A DNA stretch of 64,000 nucleotides from the NCBI RefSeq assembly GCF_963921235.1, contig NC_086108.1:81470001-81534000 (forward strand). The letters run 5' to 3'. Position 1 is the first letter of the stretch, and every line of letters starts with the position of its first letter. The notes beneath the pieces were generated by a model. The model saw only the letters and a program-made list of their open reading frames with translations, was not told the origin of the DNA and did no database searches. This stretch comes from Mobula hypostoma. Its lineage: Eukaryota. This document shows positions 1 to 11,133 of this stretch, in pieces. Both the position numbers and the translations under genes were made by a program.

Positions 1-87
1 TTTTGGCTCTTTGTTACTTTGAGAGATTTTTAGAAGCAGCCACCTTCCTCATCCCAATCCAACTAGTTGTGACAGTGTGACTCTATT

Positions 88-290
88 GAAAACCAAAAAT
101 CTGCAAATGTTGGGAACCTGAAATAGAGCCAGAAAACGTCAGACAGCATCTGTGGAAAGGATGGCAGAGTGAACTGTCAGTTTAAAAACTATGACAAGAG
201 TCTTTGACCTGAAAAATTAACAGTTTCTCTTTTTTATAGATGCTGCCTGACCTTCTGAATGTTTGAGCACTTTCTAAATTATTCCCATTT
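88..290. mobile_element. Degenerate Penelope-derived palindromic unit with decayed hammerhead motif
   Basis: Inverted arms cagacagcatctgtggaaagg / tttttatagatgctgcctga flank atgacaagagtctttgacctgaaaaattaacag, a decayed version of the hammerhead unit at 30175. Confidence 0.55.
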
Positions 291-316
291 TTTTGAGAGC
301 AAGTTTGAATTTGCTC

Positions 317-340
317 TGCTCTCTCTCTCTCTCTCTCTCT
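317..340. repeat. (CT)n microsatellite
   Basis: Direct CT dinucleotide run. Confidence 0.9.
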
Positions 341-494
341 GCACCCATGACTGTGTGGCTAGCCACAGCACAAAATCATTTATACATTTGTGGATGGCAC
401 AACATAGAACTTCAGATGGTGACGAGGAGGAGTACAGGAGTGAGATGGATCAGCCAGCTGTGTGGTGTCGCAGCAACAGCCTTGTACTCAAAGT

Positions 495-3400
495 CGGAAT
501 TGATTTGAGAGTTTAAAGTAAAAGAACCCTCAGGGGAAGTGATCATAATGTGATCGAATTCTCCCTGAAATCTGAGAAGGAGAAGATAAAGTCAGATTAC
601 AATGAAGATGAGGGTAGTGCAGTGGATGTGATCTATATCGATTTTAGTAAGGCATTTGACAAGGTTCCACACGGTAGGTTTATTCAGAAAGTCAGAAGGC
701 ATGGGATCCAGGGAGGTTTGGCCAGGTGGATTCAGAATTGGCTTGCCTGCAGAAGGCAGAGGGTGGTGGTGGAGGGAGTACATTCAGATTGGAGGATTGT
801 GACTAGTGGTGTCCCACAAGGATCTGTTCTGGGACGTCTACTTTTCGTGATTTTTATTAACGACCTGAATGTGGGGGTAGAAGAGTGGGTTGGCAAGTTT
901 GCAGATGACACAAAGGTTGGTGGTGTTGTAGATAGTATAGAGGATTGTCGAAGATTGCAGAGAGACAGTGATAGGATGCAGAAGTGGGCTGAGAAGTGGC
1001 AGATAGCGTTCAACCTGGAGAAGTGTGAGGTGGTACACTTTGGAAGGACAAACTCCAAGGCAGAGTACAAAGTAAATGGCAGGATACTTGGTTGTGTGGA
1101 GGAGCAGACGGATCTGGGGGTACATGTCCACAGATCCCTGAAAGTTGCCTCACAGATGGATAGGGTAGTTAAGAAAGCTTATGGGGTGTTAGCTTTCATA
1201 AGTCGAGGGATAGAGTTTAAGAGTCGCGATGTAATGATGCAGCTCTATAAAACTCTGGTTAGGCCACACTTGGAGTACTGTGTCCAGTTCTGGTCACCTC
1301 ACTATAGGAAGGATGTGGAAGCATTGGAAATTGGAAAGGGTACAGAGGAGATTTACCAGGATGCTGCCTGGTTTAGAGAGTATGCATTATGATCAGAGAT
1401 TAAGGGAGCTAGGGCTTTACTCTTTGGAGAGAAGGAGGATGAGAGGAGACATGATAGAGGTGTACAAGTTAATAAGAGGAATAGATAGAGTGGATAGCCT
1501 GCGCCTCTTCCCCAGGGCACCACTGCTCAATACAAGAGGACATGGCTTTAAGGTAAGGGGTGGGAAGTTCAAGGGGGATATTAGAGGAAGGTTTTTTACT
1601 CAGAGAGTGGTTGGTGCGTGGAATGCACTGCCTGAGTCAGTGGTGGAGGCAGATACACTAGTGAAGTTTAAGAGACTATTAGACAGGTATATGGAGGAAT
1701 TTAAGGTGGGAGGGTTATATGGGAGGCAGGGTTTGAGAGTCGGCACAACATTATGGGCCGAAGGGCCTGTATTGTGCTGTACTATTCTATGTTCTATGTT
1801 CTATGAATTACAGAGGCATGAGAGAGAGGAGTTAGCCTGGATTGATTGGGAAAGAACACTGGCAGGGATGATGGCAGAGCAGCAATGGCTGGAATTTCTG
1901 GAAGCAATTCGGAAGGCACAGGATAGATACATCCCAAAGAGAAGAAGTATTCTAAAGGAGAGATGACACAATGATGGCTAACAAGAGAAGTCAAAGCCCA
2001 CATAAAAGCCAAAGAGAGTACATCGAATAGAGCAAAGATTAGTGGGAAGTTAGAGGATTAGGACGCTTTTAAGAACCAACAGAAGGCAACCAAAAAAGTC
2101 ATTAAGGAGGAAGAAATGGAATACAAAAGCTAACCACTAATAATGAAGAAGATACCAAAAGTTTCTTCAGATTCATAAAGTGTAAAAGAGAGGTGAGAGT
2201 GGATATCAGACCATGGGAAAACAATGCTGGTGAAATAGTAATGGAGGACAACAAAATAGCGGATGAACTGAGTAAGTATTTTGCATCTGCCTTCACTGTG
2301 GGAAGTACTAGGAGAGTGGTGGAAATTCATGGTTTTCTGGGTCATAAAGTGTGTGAAGTTACCATCACCAGAGGGAAGGTTCTTGGGATACTGACAGATC
2401 TGAAGGTAGGTGAAGTCGCCTGGACCAGATGGTGTACACAACAGCATTCTGAAAGAGGTGGCTAAAGAGATTGTGGAAGCATTAGTAATGATCTTTCAAG
2501 AATCACTAGATTCTGGGATAGTTCTGGAACACTGGAAAATTGCAAATGTCACTCCACTCTTCAAGAAGGGAGAGAGGCAGAAGAAAGGAAACTGTAGGCC
2601 AGTTAGTCTGACCTCAGTAGTTGGAGTTGATTATTAAAGATGAGTTCTCAGGGTACTTGGAGGCACATGATAAAATAGGACATAGTCAGCATGGTTTTCT
2701 CAAGGAAAATTCTTGCCTGACATATCTGTTGGAATTCTTCGAAGAAGTAACAAGCAGGATAGAGATAGGCGAATCAGTTGATGTTATGTACTTGGACTTT
2801 GACAAGGTGCTACACATGAGACTGCTTAGCAAACTACAAACCCATGGTATTACAGGAAAGATTCTAGCATGAATAAAGCAGTGACTGATTGGAAGGAGGC
2901 AATGAGTGGAAACAAAAGGAGCCTTTTCTGATGGCTGCCAGAGACAAGTGGTGTTCCACAGGGGTCTGTGTTTGGGCCGATTCTTTTTACGTTATATGTC
3001 AATGATGTGGATGATGGAATTGATGGCTTGGTTGCAAAGTTTGCAGACAATATGAAGATAGGTGGAGGGACAAGTAGTTCTGAGGAAGTAAAGAGGCTAC
3101 AGAAGGAATTAATCAGATTAGGAGACTGGGCAAAGAGATGACAGACAGAAAACAGTATTGGGAAGTTATGGTCATGCACTTTGGTAGAAGAAATAAAAGG
3201 GTTGACTATTTTCTAAATGGAGTGAAAATGCAAACCTGAGGTGCAAATGGACCTGCCCCTCAACCTGAAAATTAACCTTTTGGGAATCCTGCATAATGAC
3301 TCCTTGTGCAGGATTCCCTGAAGGTTAATTTGCAGGTTGAGTCTGTGACAAAGAAGGCAAATGCAATGTTAGCATTTACTTCAAGAGGACTCGAATATAA

Positions 3401-4005
3401 AAGCAAGAATGTGATGTTGAAACTTCATAAGGCACTGGTGAGGCCTCACTTGGAGTATTGTGAACAGTTTTGGGCCTCTTATCTCAGACAGGTATGCTGA
3501 AACTGCCAAGGGTTCAAAGGTAATTCACGAAAATGATTCCAGGATTGAATGGCTTGTCATATGCAGAGTGTCTGATGGTTCTGGGCCTGTGTTCACTAGA
3601 ATTCAGAAAAATGAGGGGAGACCTCATTGAAACCTATCAAATGGTGAAAGGCCTTGATAAAGTGGTTGTGGCGATGATGTTTCCTGTGATGGGCAAGTCT
3701 AAGACCAGAGAATACAACCTCAGAATAGAGGTGCGTTCTTTTAGAATTGAGATGAAGAGAAATTTCTTTAGCTAGAGAGTAGTGAATCTGTGGAATTCTT
3801 TGTTACAGGTAATGTTTATGTATATTTAAGGCAGAGGTTGATAGATTCTTGATTGGTCAAGGCATGAAGGGATTCAAGGAGAAGGCAGGAGATTGGGGCT
3901 GAGAAGAAAATTGGATCAGCCCTGATGAAATGGCAGAGCAGACTCCATGAGTCAAGTGGCCCAGTTCTGCTCCTATATCTTATGGTTTTATGGTCTTATG
4001 GTCTT
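495..4005 (+). mobile_element. CR1 LINE ORF2 fragment, degenerate, interrupted by a younger CR1 at 605-1805
   Basis: Motifs KSPGPDG, WKIANVTPLFKKG, RPVSLTSVVG, LVRPHLEYC; many stops and frameshifts; tail tcttatggt repeats near 3978-4005. Confidence 0.85.
605..1805 (+). mobile_element. CR1 LINE, 5'-truncated, young
   Basis: DFSKAFDKVPH, SGVPQGSVLG, KFADDTK, LVRPHLEYCVQFWSP; (TTCTATG)n tail at ~1784-1805; near-identical to the copy at 33645-34803. Confidence 0.95.
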
Positions 4006-4533
4006 AAGAAGGGAAATTATAGGCCAGTTAGTCTGATCTCAGTGGTTGGAAAGATATTGGAGTCGATTGTTAAGAATGTGGTTTTGGGGTACTTGGAGAC
4101 ACATGGCCATAATATAAAATAGGCCATGGTCAGCATGGTTTCCTCAAGAGAAAATCTTGTGTGACAAATCTGTTGGCACTCTTTGAAGAACTAACAAGCA
4201 AGATAGACAAAGGAAAATTGGTTGATGTTGTGTACTTGGATTTTCAGAAGGCCTTTGACAAGGTGCCACACATGAGGCTGCTTAACAAACTAAGAGTCCG
4301 TGGTATTTCAGGAATGATTCTAGCATGAATAAATCAGTGGCTGATTGGCAGAAGGCAAAGAGTGGGAATAAATATTTGAGGTAGCAGTTGATAGATTCTT
4401 GATTGGCCAGGGCACGAAGGAATGCAAGAGATTGGGGCTGAGAGGAAAAATAGATTGGCCATAATGAAATGGCGGAGTAGACTCGATGGGCCAAATGGCC
4501 TGTTTCTGCTCCTATATCTTGTGGTCTTATGGT
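4006..4533 (+). mobile_element. CR1 fragment with internal deletion
   Basis: KKGNYRPVSLISVVGK, then a jump near 4370 to the CR1 3' UTR and tail. Confidence 0.8.
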
Positions 4534-4899
4534 CAGTAAGACTAAGGAATTGATTGTGGGCTTCAGGAAGGACAACTCAAGGAAACACACAGCAGTCCTC
4601 ACTGAGGGATCAGCAGTGGAAGGGGTGAGCAGTTTCAGTTTCTTGGCTATCAACATGTCTGAAGATCTATCCTCAGCCCAACTTACTGAAGCAATTACAA
4701 GGAAGGCATAACAGTGGCAAAATTTAATTAGGATTTTGAGGAGACTTGGTATGTCACCAAAGACACTAGCAAAACTTTGCAGATGTTCCGTGGAGAACAT
4801 TCTAACTGGTTGCATCACTGCACGGTATGGAGGGGCCACTGCACAGAACCAGAAAAAGCTGCATAATAATGCACTAGCCTCCCCAGGATAGAGGACATC

Positions 4900-5175
4900 A
4901 GCCCCTTTTCACTTCCACCTATCACCTCCCAGCTTCTTATTTTCATTCCTATTCACCCTCTCCTGCTTACCATCCTTCTCCACGAGCTCTTACTCCAGCC
5001 CTTCCCCACCTTCTCATACTGGTTAACTCCCCTCTTTTCGTCCAGTCTTGATGAAGTGTCTCAGCCTGAAATGTTGACAGTCTAATTCCTTCTGTAGATA
5101 CTGCCTGACCTATTGAGTTCTTCCAGCATTCTGTGTGTTACTCCAGATTTCCAGCATCTGCAATCTTGTTCGTCT
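4900..5175 (+). mobile_element. Penelope-derived 3' unit with mutated hammerhead
   Basis: Pyrimidine-rich linker, then cagtcttgatgaagtgtctcagcctgaaatgttgacag, then the gatactgcctgacc...ccagcatctgca tail shared with other copies. Confidence 0.7.
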
Positions 5176-7830
5176 TGCCCATGATCATATTGACTGACAG
5201 GGCATGCTTGATAGGTCAGGTGATAAGCTTTTGCTCTGATTTTCTTGTGCATTCTTTTTATACACCACTGATCAGGCCTGATATTTGCACTTTAGCCCCA
5301 GGAATACCAGATTAAATGAGGAGAGGTGGCATTGTGGTATGAAGGGTAGTATTTTAAACACCCCAAGAGCCATAGGACAGATCGTAGGGCTGCAAATGTT
5401 GATTTCCCTGTCTGGATAATTTAACCACATTCTGGTTGAACCACAGCAGGTTAGGGGTCAATCAAGTAAACCACTCTAGACAAAGGGTCCACAATGTTCT
5501 AATTTTTATATCAGGCTCCATGCCACAGGCTCAAATTAAGACTTCAACTGTGTTTCTCTGGTGTAGGGAAAGCTCAATATTGAAGTAGAGTTGAGTTCAT
5601 GTAAAACTTCCTGTGTTGGGTTTACAGTCTGGAGGAGTCAAGTTAATAAAGACTAAGTGCTAACAGTGATCTTCTCAGTTCCCCATGGGCAAGTCTGTTT
5701 GCTGTGTGGGGGGGGGGTAAATACTTTGATAATTTGGAGGAGTTATTTGATGTTATCTCTACTTTTGACTGGACTTTAGAATGAGTAGACAATCTGTACT
5801 CACAACAAAAAGGCCATTTGGTGGAGGAATCCGCAGGGAGATGGGAAGGGCATGAGGGGCCAAGTGGCCTCTTCTACATCATAAATGAGGTTTTACCCAG
5901 GTGCCACCCTCCAATCACCTGCGCTGAAGGAATAGCACCGGCACCGTGGATAAGGTCAGGTCAGTCAGGTCGGCCTGCTGGCCCAGGCAGAGGGTGTGGC
6001 CCTGACCAGCCGGCGGGAGGATGTGCAGACATCATGGTGGGGCCACCCGGCCTGCACCGGAAAGCTAGTTTCTCGGTCAGCGGTCAGTAACCGGTGGGGA
6101 AGGGCGTGATCAGGGTAGGGGAAGGTAATGGGAAGACTGGTTCAGCTTTTGGGGGAGAAGAGAGGAGGCACTGTAGCTGAAGGAGTTACCTGGGGGAGAG
6201 GAGTATTTGGGGTCAGTACCAGGCAGAGTGGCCAGTAATAGGAGGAGGGCTCAGTCCTGGGATTGGGAGAAAGATCAGTACTGTAGTGGGGAGGGAGGGA
6301 AGAGTACTGGGATGTGGGGAAGATATCGATCAGCAGGTCAGTCCTGAGGGGAAAATGGTCTCTGCTGAGCAAAGAATGGCGAAGAGCCCGGTAGATGTGG
6401 AGCTGGTAATGAGAGGAGAACCAGTAACTGCAGAGGGGTCGGTAAAGATGGAGAGGGGATTTATTTCTCCGGGGACTAGTTACGGGAGGCAGCTCAACTC
6501 AGCATGCACCCACGAGATGGGTTCGTCAGCCCGGGTCGGGTGCGGGTCAGTTGGGGGGGCTTGGCGGTCCAGGTCCTGACCGGCCAGCGGGAGGACGTGG
6601 AGACTTGGGGCTCGGCTGCAGGGTGGTACCAGTACACGGCAGCTGTGCCTCCGACAGCATTATCCCTCCAGTGGTTGATGATTTCTGGGCTAAATCTCAA
6701 TGAGACTCGTATCGTTTCAGAAGATGATGGAGGAACAGCCGAGGGAATCATTGCCAGCCACACCACCAGAGCTAAGGGCAAATAGCTGTACTGCCTTGGG
6801 AAGGGCAAAGGCTGAGGTCGTGAAGCCCTTCAGAAAATCTGGAGTGGAGTCCTAAGGCGGATGGATGGCTTACTACATCATCTCCTGACAACTCCTGCAG
6901 CTGCTTTCCATTGGACTCCTGACATTAGGGAGCCCAAGACTTCCATATCCCCTCATCCAGGCCCATGGCACAGTGGAGAGGACACTCCATCAATATCGAC
7001 ACAACACAGGAAGTGAGAGTTACTGGTTATAAGCTCATTCGACTGGCGCAGGGGCCACTTCCGACGGTGGGAGAGATCACCACATCTCACTGGACAGCTA
7101 CCGCCCACCTCAGCCCCCAGCCAGTAAGGTGCTGTCCCGCCACTGCTTGCCTGCCTCACTGGGTACGTGGGGCTCAGAGTTCACCTCGACAAGCAAGCTG
7201 TGAGTCCGCACCGGGCAGAAGGATTAAAACTAGGAAGCCGCCAGTTCTTCACCTTGCAAGCTGGAAAATCTGGACCATGCGTCCCGGACTGACTGACGAC
7301 CTCCAACAGATCAACAATCCCGGCAAAACAGCAGTCATTGACAGGAAGCTCACTCGGCTGAACAGCGACATCGCCTGCCTCCAGGAGATTCGTTTGATGG
7401 ATCCATTCCATCAGAGAGTCCAATTACACCTTCTTTTGGCAGGGTCTCCTTCATGAAGACCCAAGGCAGTACGGGGACGGTTTTGCAGTGAAGAACTCTA
7501 TTACCGCCACCATGGAACCACCAGCAGGCAGAACAAGAAGGACCCTTGCTCTCCGCTGGTTGTCACTTTCTGGCCCTGTAAATTTTCTGAGCACTTATGC
7601 TCCAACATTTCGCTCTTCATCAGAGGCCAAAGGGTCCTATGAGGCTCTGCATGAGGCAATATCCAGAATCCCAAGCACTGTTGGATTGTAACTGCTGGGA
7701 GATTTCAATGCCAGAGTCAGAGTTCACCACAAAGCATGGCCTTCTTCCTCTGGCCATCACGGCATCGCAAGATGAACAGGAACGGGCAGAGACTGCCAGA
7801 GCTGTGCTACCATCATGGACTGTGCATCAC

Positions 7831-9203
7831 TGGTGGGAAGGATTTAAAAAGAAGACAGCTTTATAGAGTGGGTAAAGAGTAGAAGGAGTCAGAGTAAGAG
7901 GGCTTTGGCTCAACGGGGCTTCAGCGATAACAGGTCAAGGCGAGGTAAGTTACTTGTGAGGAATAGGAATAGGAAGTATGTCTGCGAGGCCGGTGTTCTG
8001 TATTGGGTGTCGGATGTGGGAAGTCCAGGACTGCCACATCTGCGCCAGGTGCGTCGAGCTGCAGCTCCTTAGGGACCGGGATAGGGAACTGGAGATGCAG
8101 CTCGATAACCTTCGCCTGGTCAGGGAAAACGAGGAGGTGACAGAGAGGGACTATAGGCAAGTAGTCACACTGAGGCCTCGGTAGACAGATAAGTGGATAA
8201 CAGTCAGGAGAGGAAAGGGCAAGAGTCAAATACTAGAGAGTATCCCAATGGCTGTCCCCTTTAGCAATAAGTACTCCTGTTTGAGTACTATTGGGGGGTG
8301 ACTACCTGGGGGAAGCAACAGTGGTCGCACCTCTGGCACAGAGTCTGGTCCTGTGGCTCAGAAGGGCTGGGAAGGGAAGAGGATGGCAGCAGTAATAGGG
8401 GACTCTACAGTTAGGGGGTCAGATTGGCGATTCTGTGGATGCAGGAACAAAGCACGGATGGTAGTTTGCCTCCCAGGTGCCAGGATCCGGGATGTTTCTG
8501 ATCACGTCCACGATATCCTGAAGTAGAAGGTGAACAGCCAGAGGTCGTGGTACATATTGGTACCAAAGACATAGGTAGGAAAAGGTGTATTGGCCTTCTT
8601 CAACCGTGGGATTGAGTACAAGAGCCAAGAGGTAATGTTACAGCTATATAGGACCCTGGTCAGACCCCAGTCGGAGTACTGTGCTTAGTTCTGGTCACTT
8701 CACTAAAAGAAGGATGTGAAAACTATAGAAAGAGTTCAGAGGAGATTTACAAGGATGTTGCCTGGACTGGGGAGCATGCCTTATGAGAGTAGGTTGAGTG
8801 AACTTGGCCTTCTCTCCTTGCAGCGACGGAGGATGAGTGGTGACCTGATAGAGGTGTATAAGATAATAAGAGGCATTGATTGTGTGGATAGTCAGAGGCT
8901 TTTTCCCAGGGCTGAAATGTCTAGCACGAGAGGGCACAGTTTTAAGGTGCTTAGAAGTAGGTACAGAGGAGATGTCATGGGGAAGATTTTATGCAGAGAG
9001 TGGTGAGTGCGTGGAATGGCTGCTGGTGACGGTGGTGGAGGCGGATACAATAGGGTTTTTTAAGAGACTCCTGGATAAGTACATGGAACTTAGAAAAATA
9101 GAGGGCTATGGGTAATCCTAGGTAATTTCTAAAGTAAGTACATGTTCGGCACAGCATTGTGGACCGAAGGGCCTGTACTGTGTTGTAGGTTTTCTACGTT
9201 TCT
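7831..9203 (+). mobile_element. CR1 with ORF1 5' part fused to ORF2 3' end (internally deleted), nested in RTE
   Basis: ORF1 zinc-finger/coiled-coil (CIGCRMWEV...CHICARC) and SGNH esterase motifs (VIGDS, CLPGARI, VHIGT); jump near 8585 to the ORF2 C-terminus; ATCAC duplicated at 7826-7830 and 9204-9208. Confidence 0.85.
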
Positions 9204-9359
9204 ATCACCAACATGTATTTTCAGTGTAAGGAATGGCGCAAAGTCTCCTGGAAACATCTACGGTCCCACCAGTGCCATCAGTTCAACCCTATCATCACGA
9301 GGCCCAGGGACCTGAACAGTATCCATGGCACTCACGGTTACCACAATGCAGACTGTGAC

Positions 9360-10760
9360 TTGTATTGCAAAGCCTCGAGGTTTTGCAATACATTCTACTC
9401 AACAGCAAAGTGGCCAACAGATTTTGTGGTGTCAGACTTTGTCATGATCCCAAAGAAAAGTAAGAGCACGAAATGCTCAGACTTTTGAACTATAAGTCTT
9501 ATAAGTCATGCCTCCAAGATCTTGTTATTAATACTTCTGAGCAGAATAAAAAGGACAGTTCTTAATGAGTGCCAGAGTGGATTTATATTGGGTAAGGGTA
9601 CCCGTGAAGGGATTTTCAATTTGCAAATGATTGTGGAATGAGGTCTAGAAAAAAAAATACATTTACATGTGCTTCCTGGATTACGAAAAAGCTTTTGACT
9701 GAGTCAAGCATGAACAGCTGGTCAATTGCCTGAACTCATTCAGGCTGGACGGGAAAGTTGTTTGACTGATTGCGAGCCTGTACTGGCATTAGAAGGCAGT
9801 AATAAGAACTAGTGGTGGGAATTCACCGGAAGTTGAGATCCAAAAAGAGGTTCGCCAGGGCTGCATTATCTCCCCTTTATTATTTAACATTTACTCAGAG
9901 GTAATCTTCAGGGTGTTGAACGATGAAGCTGGTGTCCAAATTGGTGGAGTGACGGTGAACAGCTTGAGGTATGCACATGATTCAGTGTTGTGAGCCGAGA
10001 CTGAGGACGAGTTACTCAGAATAGTAGATAAGATAAATGCTGAAGGTGAACGATTTGGAATGAAAATAAATACTGCAAAGATGAAGGTGATGGTAGTATT
10101 GCGGAAGAAAGAAGTTCTCAAAATCAGTATCAAAATTAACAGCGTAGGCATAGAGCAAGTCAAGAGGTTTGTGTACTTGGGACAGATGGTCACAGAGGAT
10201 GGGAAATGTGATACAGAAATTAGACGAAGAATTGAGATTGCAAGATCAACGTTCTGGAGCCTGAGTGACGTGCTGTGTGGCAAGAGGTTGGACTTTGGGC
10301 TGCATTGTAGAATTTGGAAATGCTACGTCTGGAGCAGTCTGTTGTATGGACTCGAATTGTGGACCTTATGCAAGGAAGCGCAACGACGACTGGAGGCATT
10401 TGAAATGTGGTGTTTAAGGAGAATGCAGAACATTAGATGGGTGATGAAGGTCAGTAATATGGAAGTGTTGAAGAGAGTGAGGAGAGAAAAGGAGTTGCTG
10501 AAGAATGTGCAGAAAAGGAAGCTGGAATGTGCCGGGCGCTTGTTAAGAGGTGGTGGACTGCAGAAATTGTTATTGGAAGGGATGACAGAAGGAAAGAGGG
10601 AAAGGGGAAGGCAGCGAACCACTTGGTACGATAGTGTGAGGCAATGGACTGGGTTGAGTTATTCTGAGGCCAGAAAAAGAGCACAAGATCGAAGAAGATG
10701 GAGGTGCATAGCCGCCAAGCCCGGATTCGGGGCGGCACCCACTGACTGACTGACTGACTG
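9360..10760 (+). mobile_element. RTE (BovB-like) LINE, 5'-truncated, nested in RTE
   Basis: TISLISHASKIL, FVYLGQMVTEDGKCDTEIRRRI, RLEAFEMWCLRR, EGKRERGRQR; (ACTG)n tail; TSD AGACTGTGAC at 9350-9359 and 10761-10770. Confidence 0.9.
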
Positions 10761-10998
10761 AGACTGTGACACAGGCTACTCCCCTGTTGTCAGTAGAGTG
10801 GAGCTAATGGCAAAGAGACTCCATCATTCCAAGCCTAAGGACTGATCTCGCATCAACACCTGCTGTACAACAAACTCTGACAGAGCGCAGCAGTTCACAG
10901 ACCCCTTTGACACTGCGATGAAGAACAGTTCTGGTGACAGTACCTCTATCAACTCCATGGGGTCGCAACTTTGTGATGCCGCCTACAGCTCAGCCATA

Positions 10999-11133
10999 AC
11001 ATTCATTCATTCAGGTGCCTTGCCGTTCGGTGTGGCTGATCATGTCTCTCCATCTATCATGGTCCCTGACCCTCTGAATTGTAGTTGTTGCCTCTCCTGT
11101 TTCTAACCATGATGGTTCATGAACTCAAATCAA
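10999..11133 (-). mobile_element. Short RTE-type 3'-end insertion nested in RTE
   Basis: 16-bp TSD CTACAGCTCAGCCATA at 10983-10998 and 11134-11149; (GAAT)n tail on the minus strand. Confidence 0.8.

Larger units (their letters stand above)
410..4900 (+). mobile_element. Rex1/Babar LINE RT fragment split by a CR1 cluster (pieces ~410-495 and ~4531-4900)
   Basis: ...DEEEYRSEM...WCRSNSLVLKV at ~410-495 continues as SKTKELIVGFRK...VSSFSFLAINMSEDLS at 4531, a motif typical of Rex1/Babar RT C-terminal regions. Confidence 0.75.

Noticed and set aside
732..1131. Conserved minus-strand ORFs repeated at 33731-34130
   Set aside because: Antisense shadows of the CR1 RT frame, shared because both copies belong to the same subfamily.
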